A DNA stretch of 64,000 bases, from the NCBI GenBank assembly GCA_051294375.1, contig CM119263.1, positions 1,228,510 through 1,292,509 of the forward strand. The letters are read 5' to 3'. The notes beneath the pieces are model-generated. The model had not been told where the DNA came from, did not search any database, and saw only the letters and a list, made by a program, of their open reading frames with translations. This stretch comes from Paraspadella gotoi (taxonomy: Eukaryota > Animalia > Chaetognatha). Shown here one piece after another: positions 1-9,984 of this stretch (position 1 is its first letter; the number at the start of each line of letters is the position of its first letter). The position numbers and the translations under genes are program-made.

Positions 1-62
1 TGAGAAGTGAGGAGTCAAAGAGTGAGGAGTGAGGACTGAGAAGTGAGGAGTGACGGGTAAGT
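1..62 (+). repeat. Degenerate 7-bp repeat GTGAG(A/G)A at the start of a DNAL1 intron (also 9659-9725)
   Basis: gtgagaa gtgagga ... gtgagga gtgagga ctgagaa gtgagga gtgacgg gtaagt. Confidence 0.8.
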
Positions 63-307
63 GAAGGTAATAGGGTGAAAATCTTTAGTATGAGTCACAA
101 AAGATTCTTATTTCAAAGGTTAAGGATTTTGCGGGTGTTATTTTGATGGTAAGAAATCTAACTATCTCGTATTTAATAAGTAATGAATCAGCCTTGATAA
201 GGTCAGGTCCTTGTTAAGGTCAGGCTCCTTTCAAAAGTGAGGTCGTTAGAGGATAAGGACAAATAAGTCATTTAGTGGTTTCATTCTTCTAAATTCGACC
301 CTTTCAG

Positions 308-426
308 GTTTGGAAGGTTTGAGCAACAATTTGGAGCAACTTTGGATTTCCTACAACTACATCGATAAGATGAAGCAAATATCTTCCCTGCGGAAACTCA
401 AAGTCCTTTACATGACGAACAACAAG
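308..426 (+). CDS. DNAL1: Dynein axonemal light chain 1 (LRR), internal exon, copy 1
   Basis: Acceptor tttcag ends at 307 and donor gtcgtt starts at 427. Translation [40 protein letters not shown] matches the DNAL1 segment I recall ([40 protein letters not shown]). The phase-1 start fits the upstream exon seen in copy 2. Confidence 0.93.
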
Positions 427-1096
427 GTCGTTGTCAATATTTTGTGGAAGGTTTTTTATGACCACAAAATATTTGAGTCATTCTTTCTGATTTCTTTTTT
501 AATTTCCATCTTGTTTAAATCATAAAAAAGCCAGATTAAAAAAACCCAAAAAACAACTAAATTTTTTTAAAAAACTTATTTCATATCGTGCTTTATTAAA
601 AATAATATCACATTTATTTTATAAGATTTCTNNNNNNNNNNNNNNNNNNNNNNNNNNNNNNNNNNNNNNNNNNNNNNNNNNNNNNNNNNNNNNNNNNNNN
701 NNNNNNNNNNNNNNNNNNNNNNNNNNNNNNNNNNNNNNNNNNNNNNNNNNNNNNNNNNNNNNNNNNNNNNNNNNNNNNNNNNNNNNNNNNNNNNNNNNNN
801 NNNNNNNNNNNNNNNNNNNNNNNNNNNNNNNNNNNNNNNNNNNNNNNNNNNNNNNNNNNNNNNNNNNNNNNNNTATAATTTATTATAATATTATTTAAAC
901 CCAACAGTGGGCTTTTGCCATCGCCAAAGTTGGCGACCAAAACTTTCTACTCTCTTTCTCAGTCTATAATTATTATCTGAGGCTAAACCGAAACAACTCC
1001 CGTCTAGTATCCGAGATAAAACGATTATCGTGCCCAGGTCTCGAACGCCACACCGTCCTAACCAGAGTCAATAACCTCCAGCTCTCTGCCCATCAG

Positions 1097-1213
1097 GTGT
1101 CGGAATGGGCGGAATTCGCTCGCGTCGGCGATTGTCCGGATTTGGCCGAAGTCAACTTCGTGGGGAATCCGATTCAGGAGAAAATGATGGAGGAAGACAC
1201 GTGGAAACACTCG
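1097..1213 (+). CDS. DNAL1: DNAL1 penultimate exon, copy 1
   Basis: Acceptor catcag ends at 1096 and donor gtgatt starts at 1214, both phase 0. VSEWAEFARVGDCPDLAEVNFVGNPIQEKMMEEDTWKHS matches DNAL1 [29 protein letters not shown]..NW. Confidence 0.92.
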
Positions 1214-1487
1214 GTGATTGGTCAATTGGGTTATTGGTGGATTGGTTCATTCAGTGATTGGTCAATCGGATTATTGGTTGATTGGTTCACTCGGTGATTG
1301 GTCAATTGGGTTATTGGCTGATTGGTTCACTCAGTGATTTGTCAATTGGGTTATTGGTTGATTGGTTCACTCGGTGATTGGTCAATTGGGTTATTGGCTG
1401 ATTTGTTCTCTTTGTGATTGGTCAATTGGATTATTGGTGGATTGGTTCACTTGGTGATTGGTCAATTGGATTATTGGCTGATTGGTT
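1208..1487 (+). repeat. 40-bp minisatellite, 7 copies, overlapping a DNAL1 donor site
   Basis: Unit CACTCGGTGATTGGTCAATTGGGTTATTGG(T/C)TGATTGGTT starts at 1208, 1248, 1288, 1328, 1368, 1408 and 1448; about 3 copies in the duplicate at 10744-10880. Confidence 0.95.
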
Positions 1488-2251
1488 CAATTGAGGATAT
1501 TGTATCATTGTATCATTGGTTCATAGTTCATTTGTNNNNNNNNNNNNNNNNNNNNNNNNNNNNNNNNNNNNNNNNNNNNNNNNNNNNNNNNNNNNNNNNN
1601 NNNNNNNNNNNNNNNNNNNNNNNNNNNNNNNNNNNNNNNNNNNNNNNNNNNNNNNNNNNNNNNNNNNNNNNNNNNNNNNNNNNNNNNNNNNNNNNNNNNN
1701 NNNNNNNNNNNNNNNNNNNNNNNNNNNNNNNNNNNNNNNNNNNNNNNNNNNNNNNNNNNNNNNNNNNNNNNNNNNNNNNNNNNNNNNNNNNNNNNNNNNN
1801 NNNNNNNNNNNNNNNNNNNNNNNNNNNNNNNNNNNNNNNNNNNNNNNNNNNNNNNNNNNNNNNNNNNNNNNNNNNNNNNNNNNNNNNNNNNNNNNNNNNN
1901 NNNNNNNNNNNNNNNNNNNNNNNNNNNNNNNNNNNNNNNNNNNNNNNNNNNNNNNNNNNNNNNNNNNNNNNNNNNNNNNNNNNNNNNNNNNNNNNNNNNN
2001 NNNNNNNNNNNNNNNNNNNNNNNNNNNNNNNNNNNNNNNNNNNNNNNNNNNNNNNNNNNNNNNNNNNNNNNNNNNNNNNNNNNNNNNNNNNNNNNNNNNN
2101 NNNNNNNNNNNNNNNNNNNNNNNNNNNNNNNNNNNNNNNNNNNNNNNNNNNNNNNNNNNNNNNNNNNNNNNNNNNNNNNNNNNNNNNNNNNNNNNNNNNN
2201 NNNNNNNNNNNNNNNNNNNNNNNNNNNNNNNNNNNNNNNNNNNNNNNNNNN

Positions 2252-3172
2252 ATCTTTTCCCTTTTCCCCTTTTTTTCCTTTTTCCTTTTCCCCTCTTTTC
2301 CCTTTTTCCTTCTTTTCCCTTTTCCCCTTTTTTCCTTTTCCCCTCTTTTCCCATTTTTTTCTATTTCCCTTTTCCCCTTTTCTCCTTTTTCCCTCTTTTC
2401 CCTTTTTGCCTTTTCTCTTTTTTCTTTTCCTTTTTTCTCTTTTCCCCTTTTTTCTTTTTCTATTTTCCCTTCTTTTCCTTTGTCCTTTTTCCCTTTTCCC
2501 ATTTTTTCCTTTTCCCTTTTCTCTTTTTTTCCCTTTCAACCTTTTCCTTTATTCTATTTTCCCCTTTTTCCCTTTTCCCCTTTTCTTTTCCCTTTTTCCA
2601 TTTTCCGTTTTTTCTTTTTTCCTTTTTTCCTTTCCCCATTTTCCCCTCTTCCCCTTTTTTCCTTTTCCATTTTCCCCTTTTACCCTATATTACCTTTTTC
2701 CCTTTTTCTTTCTTTTTCCCTTTTCCCCTTTTTTCCTTTTCCCCTTTTTTCCCTTTTTTTTCTTTTCCATTTTTTCTCTTTTTATTTTTTTCCTCTTTTC
2801 ACTTTTTCTCTTTTCCCCTATTTTCATTTTTTTCTTTTTCCCTTTTTCCCTTTTCCCCTTTTTTCCTTTTCCATTTTCCCCTTTTCCCCGCTTTTCCAAT
2901 TTTCCCTTTCCCTCTCTTTTCCTCTTTTCCTCTTTACCTTATTTTCATTTTTTCCCTCTTCCCTTTTTTCCCTTTTCTCCTTTTTTTTCATTTTCCCCTT
3001 TTCCCCTCTTTTCCCTTTTTCTCTTTTCCCTTTTTCCATTTTCCCCTATTTCCATTTTTCCCTTTTCTCCTTTTCCCCTTTTTCTCTTTTTTCCCTTTTC
3101 CCTCTTTTCCCTTTTTCCTTTTTCCCCTTTTTCCCCTTTTCCCTTTTTTTCCATTTTCCCCTTTTCCCCTTT
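2252..3172 (+). repeat. Polypyrimidine low-complexity tract (TTTTCCC-like), intronic; duplicate at about 11270-12233
   Basis: About 0.9 kb almost entirely T/C. Confidence 0.95.
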
Positions 3173-3259
3173 AAATAAAAGTAAAAGTTTTTTCTTTTAG
3201 TTTCTTTTTTTTTGATCTCCCGATGAAACATCGACTCAAAATCCATCAAATCTTCTGAA

Positions 3260-3593
3260 TTTCATGTTCCATGTCTCATGATTCATATTTCATGTGTCAT
3301 TTGTCATGTTTCATGTCTAAATTTTAATGTTTCATGTTTCATTCTAACGATTAACGTTTTATGTTTAATGTTTAATGTTTAATTTTTCATGTTTAATTTT
3401 TAATATTTAATGTTTAATGTTTAATTTTTAATGTTTCATGTCTCATGTTTCATGTTCCATGTTCCATGTTCCATGTTCCATGTTCCATGTTCCATGTTTG
3501 ATGTTTCATGTCTCATGTTTCATGTTTCATGTTTCATGTTTCATGGTTCATGTTTCATGTCTCACGTTTCATGTTTCGTGTTTCATGTTTCAG
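3260..3593 (+). repeat. 7-bp tandem repeat CATGTTT/CATGTTC/AATGTTT ending at the DNAL1 last acceptor; duplicate at 12325-12685
   Basis: Direct reading; the array terminates in CATGTTTCAG|GTT. Confidence 0.93.
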
Positions 3594-3689
3594 GTTTCCA
3601 AGAAAATTCGCTCCGTGAAGAAATTAGACGGGGAACCTTTGCTTGGCGATGACGATGACGAAGAAGAAGAAGAAGAAGACGACGATTAA
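3594..3689 (+). CDS. DNAL1: DNAL1 terminal exon, copy 1
   Basis: Acceptor tttcag ends at 3593. VSKKIRSVKKLDGEPLLGDDDDEEEEEEDDD* matches the LRR-cap KKLDG motif and acidic C-terminus of DNAL1, in frame with the previous exon. Confidence 0.9.
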   Translation, partial: VSKKIRSVKKLDGEPLLGDDDDEEEEEEDDD

Positions 3690-3696
3690 GGGGGAA

Positions 3697-3787
<91 letters not shown>

Positions 3788-4059
3788 CTTCTTTTCCCTC
3801 TTGTCTGTCTCTCTCTGTCTCTCTCCTATCATTCTTTCTTACCAGTCATTGGTTTAATTAAATTTCCTTTCACTATAAGACTATTAAAAATAAGTCTTCA
3901 TTCTGAATTCTTCATTTCGATAATCTATATAAAGAAGGGCTCAATCGGTCCTCTGCCCGAAAAGAATTCACTGACCCAAACTATGNNNNNNNNNNNNNNN
4001 NNNNNNNNNNGGCGATCACCGTTGATTGGTTGGGGGTCAGTGAGCTCATGCGGGTGAGA

Positions 4060-7000
4060 GAGGTAGGTGTGCCAAATGCGCAAAAGTTGCTCGGATTTCA
4101 AATTGAGGTCTTCAGATATATGTGGAGAGGCCTAACAAAAGATGTTTAGGAACAATCGCCATTTAAATAAGTTGATCACTGGCCGTGCTACCCTGCCTTG
4201 AGAAGGATTTGGCACACGCTTTCACTTCATGTTTCATTGTGTCTAAAGTAACGCAAGGGTTTTTGTGTCCACTTAAAATTTATTAGTTTGTAAAACAGTT
4301 ATGAAGTTAATTCAAATAAAATTTTCAGATCTTAACCACCTCTGTAGGCTCTGCTTGCAGCATTTACAATATGTGGAGGAGTGGTAGGCTATTAAAATAA
4401 AGAGTATATCTTTTGAGTGGCTGATTGGTACTCATAAAAGGTTCTTAGTAAAAATTATTTTCATTTAACAAGCTTTAAACTTATTTCATACCTTGTTTTT
4501 TGAAAAATCCAAGTTTGGTTTACATCCTGGAGGATACGTTTCTTGTACAGTTTTTATGAATTTACTGTAAATTATGTTACAAAATATATAGTCTATATAC
4601 TTAGATCTAGTAAGACAGTTTAATAAAAATACGATAAGATAAAAGTTTTCGTTGAATTAATAAAATTGATTGACGCAACAAACTTTTTCATGGAGCCTCT
4701 TTTGAAGGATTCTGAAAATTTTATCTCCACAGGCCCCATCAATTAAAAAAAAAGGAAAGTTATGGTTATCAAAAAATAGCTTTAATAGCTGGCCAATACT
4801 CGCTTAGTTACTTTTTTAATTAAAATCTTTTTGAACAGCATTCTTTATAACCGAACCTGTAAAGGCATTTCAATATGCTGGAAGGACTGTGGACAAAGGC
4901 TTGCTGGCTGATAAAGCTTTTAGATAGAAGAATAAAATCCTTATTTTCTATAAAAATATGGTCATATAAATGAGTTAGATAATCATACCATTAACTTCTA
5001 ACCAAGTTGTGCCTACAACTTTGTAGATTGTTCATGTAAGACTGCTTGAAGGAATAAAATATCTGTTATTATATTATTATAAATAAATATATTTTTTATC
5101 ATAATATGATAATATATCAGAATAAGCAATCAGCCTGAGTCAACCTGAAGGAATAATATATCTAAAAAATAATAAAATATCTTTAATAAAATAGGCTAAA
5201 TCCATTTACTTTAAAGCCTCAGTTTTTTTAGATTTTTTTTAAAAAATGTTAGGAGTATTATAATTTTGAATATATTTTTAAATGCTCATCAATCTTAATT
5301 TCGCTTTATGCCTGATATGTAAAAAAGTGATTACTTTGATGGATTTCTTATTAATTTTTTTGAATTAATTGATTGAGTGCGTCAAATAATTAATTAATAT
5401 TAGTTGGTGCTATTATTCATTTACAGATTGTTTGAATGAGTAGGATATCTGCATCATAATGATTATAGATGAATAATATTTACTATTAAAGACTTGATAA
5501 ATATTAATTTCATAAAATAATCACTTGATATCATAATATAAATAAAAAAAAGAATTTATTAATTCCACTTGTCGGTTCCATCATCCGCCCACTCAAATCT
5601 TGGCACTCAGTCACTTAAAGTATGTTCAACAAAATTGAATTATAATAAATTCTGATAGAATTTTATCCGTTAAGCCAAAAATGCAATTAATTTGGAGTTG
5701 AAATGGAATGGATTAAAAAAGTGTATGATTAAACAGGTATAAGAGTTTTAGAAGAATCAGAATGACGTTTAAATTATGAAAAAAACATAAATCAAATTTA
5801 CCCAAAATATTTTACTAATTTTACACCACTATAATTATTCTAAGTAATTACAATTGGATGGATAAATTGAGATGAAAATTTTTGTATGGTACGGAAAGCT
5901 GTGGTGATCGAGCACAGGATATAAAATTTAATGGAATTGATGAGTGGAAATGAGCTTTTTATAGAAAAACCCAAAATAAAGTTGCCTTGAAGTTTTATTA
6001 ATTATGCTTACTCATGAAAGTGTTTAATAAAATATTTCAGTGAAAAACTGAAATGCAATTTAAAAAAATTATAAAAGTGTGAAAAAATTACTGTAGCTTA
6101 AAAAAATGAGGCCAAAATTTATAAACATGATACGAATTGAAAAAAATGATTGCAAGTTAAAAAGAATGAATGTGAGTTTAAAAGACTAAATGTAAGTTTT
6201 CGAAATAGATGATGGAACGGATGGAGAAAAGTGTTTAACGTCCGCGGTGTTTTGGAGAGGCATTATTTCTCTTCTCTGGACATTTCTGACCGTTTAAATT
6301 AATCGCGATATCCTCTTTATCTTCACCTTTCATATTTTTCTTTGTGGGACAACGGGCAAGGCAGCAGCCAGATATCATCATCGTCAATTCGAAATCCACG
6401 GCCATGGGGCGGTTCGTGTTTTGGTCATTGACCGACGTAATATTGATGTTCTGACATGATTTAAGTGAAATGAACACCGCAGATTCAGGGTCTCGGATGG
6501 CTGGACAAACAAAATGGATTATCATATAGTGTACATGGTGCTGCAGACAACGATGTTACGAGTGTGTTGGCGGATTCAGGATGAGGATGCGCAGATAGGA
6601 TCCAGGATGCTACAGAGCATAAAATGGCGGAACGTGGACACAGATGCAGGCCGGGGGTTGGGTCTAAGAATGCATGCCAGCCGCTGACGCTGCATATGCC
6701 CACTTATAAAAACTTTGTGGACACATTTGTAGGGGAACTGTTAAAAAGAGCAATGGCATGATGCGGCGCTGCTGGCATAAGCCACTGGGCCGTTGGCGGA
6801 CGCTTGCCGTCGGGACGTCAATCTAAGCGGGACGGTGCTAAGATTCCGCGCGTTAGAGATTAGAGACTGCGGTGGCCGAAAAGACGGAGGCTGACAAGAT
6901 ATTTGATTTTTTTTCTTTTTTTGAAGCTTAGCAAAACTTGGAGCCATAGAATGAAAAGTTTAAACCTACTGACTTACGCCCCTCCTACTGCCATTGTTTG

Positions 7001-7990
7001 TACATTGGCAATAATTGTTGAGTTTGTAAAAGACGGTTATTAATTATAGGGTGCACAGGAACAGTGACCAGTGCTAAAGTTAAATTTATTAATTAATTAT
7101 TTTAGCACTTGATCAATTAATCAACAACATTATTAAACCAATGAAATGAATAATTATTTTTTTTTATATATCAGCAGAGGGAAATTAACAGAAATTATAA
7201 TCAAGTTTGAAAATAATTTCAAATTACTAATACTCAATAACAATTTTTTTTAAAAACACCTAAAAATAGCTTTAGCTTTAAATTATAATGAATTTAGCTC
7301 TCTGTATTACAGAGGATGAATTTCATGTATTTATTAGAATATATTGATGTCTTGAGGTTGGACTTGCAGGGCTGATTGGTTTAATCTGATTTTGATCATA
7401 TTATGATTAGAAAGAATATATTATTTCTATGATGAATAGTAATAAAGGATATTTTATGCTTCAAGCAGGTCTGTAGATGAGAGAATCGACAAGAAGAGAT
7501 AGGCACAGCCGTGTGGTTAGAAGTAATGGTAGTGATTTAGTCTATGCATTGTATATGACGCATATTTTTAATAAAAAAATAAGGATTTTTATCATTCTGT
7601 TAATTAAAAGCTTGTATTCAGCAGCAAGCCTTTTGTCCACATTCCTTCCAGCATATTGGAAATGCCTTTACAGGTCGTATAAAGAAATGCTGTTGCAAAA
7701 AATTTTTAATTAAAAAAGTAAGCTACGAGTATTTTGGCAGCTATTAAAGCTATTTTTTGATAACATAACTTCCTTTTTTTTTAATTGATGGGGTGTGGAG
7801 ATTAAATTTTCAAGAAATCCTTCAAAAGAGGCTCCCAATGAAAAAGTTGTTGGTCAATCAATTTATAATTCAACAAAACTTGTTTATCTTATCTATTTTT
7901 TATTAAAACTGTCCTTACTAATCTAATTAATATAGTATTATATTTTGTACCATATTTACGAGTAGTTATAAAAACTGTCAGAGATAGCTC
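4060..7990. other. Compositionally foreign 3.9-kb insert with long imperfect inverted repeats (approx. 4530-5400 vs 7075-7990)
   Basis: For example, 4861 aaaggcatttcaatatgctggaagg is the reverse complement of 7644-7669 apart from one indel. The block is absent from the duplicate locus, where 13141-13990 is a GA/CT tract instead. Confidence 0.8.
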
Positions 7991-8898
7991 TAATCTCCTC
8001 TGATCATCCGCCATTTTTACTTCCTACTTTTCCTTCTCTACTCTCCGCCATCTTGATATTTTTCCTCCTCTTCCTCCTCCTCCTTCTCCTCCTCCTCCTC
8101 CTCCTCATCGCTCGTGCTTTCTTGCACGCGCTCGACTGCCAGTCCACGTGTGTGCGTGCGTCAAAGGTGCGGGGATCGTGGGGCGCGTGCGTCGTCGTCG
8201 TCGTCGTCGTTGTCGTCGTCCTGTGAAAGAGGCGTGGCGGCATTTTTGAAGTCTCCGGGGGTCCGGAACGAAAGCCGGCCCCTCNNNNNNNNNNNNNNNN
8301 NNNNNNNNNNNNNNNNNNNNNNNNNNNNNNNNNNNNNNNNNNNNNNNNNNNNNNNNNNNNNNNNNNNNNNNNNNNNNNNNNNNNNNNNNNNNNNNNNNNN
8401 NNNNNNNNNNNNNNNNNNNNNNNNNNNNNNNNNNNNNNNNNNNNNNNNNNNNNNNNNNNNNNNNNNNNNNNNNNAAAAAAATCAGAAAAACCTCAAATTC
8501 GAATCTTTTTAGGTCAATAAAATTTAGGGTAATAACTAATCAATTCAAAGTTAAACTAAACAATTCAAGTCAACTTTTTCAATTGTCCATTTGGCTGTGA
8601 AATCAATTAAACCAGTCGGAATCTTCTCCCGTTGGAAATGTCACTATTCGGAAGCAACTCATTCGTCACTGACGGCTCTTTTTCTCTTACTATCTTTCTA
8701 TCTCTCTGTTTCAACATTCTCTTTCTTATTTTCATATGTCTATCCCTCGCGTCACTTTTTCTGTTTTTCTTTCCATCCTTCGACTAAACATCAACCTGCG
8801 ATTTTTATTTTCTTCGCTTTGTTATATTTCTTACCTTTTTTTGACAATGGTCAAATTTTTTTAGATTTTAGTANNNNNNNNNNNNNNNNNNNNNNNNN

Positions 8899-9013
8899 AA
8901 AGCAAGAGATATCAGAAACAGAAACTGGACTGAAAGCGGCCGACGAGAAAAAGTACAGCTGCTCGGAACCGCAACGGAACCCAAAGATGGTCCTTACTGG
9001 TCTTATAGAGAAG
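8899..9013 (+). CDS. DNAL1: DNAL1 N-terminal region exon (error-containing copy 2, 5' end lost in gap)
   Basis: With about 2 indel corrections it reads ETETGLKAADEKKVQLLG..GLIEK and is followed by donor gtaagg at 9014. Comparable to DNAL1 [25 protein letters not shown]; the next exon starts MDA as in DNAL1. Confidence 0.65.
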
Positions 9014-9224
9014 GTAAGGTTGGAGACAGAGTTGGAGATTCTATAATACTAATACCTAATTTTAATGACTAATACTTAAGTTTCATGCAATCAACTATAC
9101 TTCAATCAATACTTCATACCAACAGTTAGGGGCAAGATAGCTTAATTATTGAATGAATGTAATTTTTTATATTGGTTTTTGCCATTTTCATAAAGTCACA
9201 TATCACTCTAGTTTCATTTTACTC

Positions 9225-9495
9225 CTCCCCCCTGCCACAACCCTGCCCCCCCAACTGCCGTCACCTCCGCGCCCATTGCTGCAACCCTCCCACTCCTGCC
9301 TCACCCTCCCCCCCACTGACTCACCCTCCCCAATTGCCTCACCTCCTGTTCTTGGGAGTTCCCCACGGGTATCCCCTGGTCCCATTTGTCCTCCCTGACA
9401 TCAACTCCCCATTGCCGTCACCTCCCACCCATTGCCCCACCCTCCCCATTGCCTCACCCCTCCCCCCCACGCATCACCCTCCCCCCACCGCCGCG
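9225..9495 (+). repeat. C-rich approx. 18-bp repeat (CCCATTGCCTCACCCTCC) before a DNAL1 acceptor
   Basis: Recurrent cccattgcc/ctcaccctccc units. Confidence 0.8.
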
Positions 9496-9504
9496 GCTCT
9501 CCAG

Positions 9505-9658
9505 ATGGACGCGTATAATTCTATATGTATATTCTCTGCGGGGTATGCTCTCTCCTCTGGGGAACGAACATGAATCGAGAAGATCGAAAGCGTGTGGGTC
9601 GTGTGAACGACTCTGAGATTCTGAGCCTCAAGCAGGAATCTCATCCAAATCTTGGCGG
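9505..9658 (+). CDS. DNAL1: DNAL1 LRR exon (error-containing copy 2)
   Basis: Acceptor ctccag ends at 9504 and donor gtgaga starts at 9659. Frame-corrected pieces MDA...MLSLGTNMIEKIESVGSCERLEILSLSRNLI.LAG match DNAL1 [41 protein letters not shown]. Confidence 0.8.
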
Positions 9659-9984
9659 GTGAGAAGTGAGGAGTCAAAGAGTGAGGGAGTGAAGGACTAG
9701 AAGTGAAGGAGTGACGGGGTAAGTGAAGGTAATAGGGTGATAAAATCTTTAGTATGAGTCACAAAAGATTCTTATTTCAAAAGGTTAAGGATTTTGCGGG
9801 TGTTTATTTGGATGGTACAGAAATCTAACTATCTCGTAGTTTAATAAGTAATTGAATCAGCCTTGAAAGGTCAGGTCCTTTTAAAGGTCAGGCTTGCCAT
9901 TCAAAAGGTGACGGTCGTTAGAGGATAAGGACAAATAAGTCATTTAGTGGGTTTTTCATTCTTCTAAATTCCGACCCTTTCAAG

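Noticed and set aside
1208-1487. CRISPR-like array (also the 16-bp array at 43243-43346 and the satellite at 16.2-18.5 kb)
   Set aside because: Head-to-tail units with no unique 25-45-bp spacers, no cas genes, and a eukaryotic intron context.
1418-3249. Long Phe/Pro/Ser-rich and Lys/Gly/Glu-rich ORFs (also 11.2-12.3, 38.2-38.9, 40.4-41.0 and 48.4-48.7 kb)
   Set aside because: Translations of stop-free pyrimidine/purine tracts and N gaps, open in most frames.
4067-4217. 11-bp inverted repeat GTGTGCCAAAT / ATTTGGCACAC as MITE termini
   Set aside because: Short, with no TSD and no second copy, and located in a noisy, probably chimeric segment.
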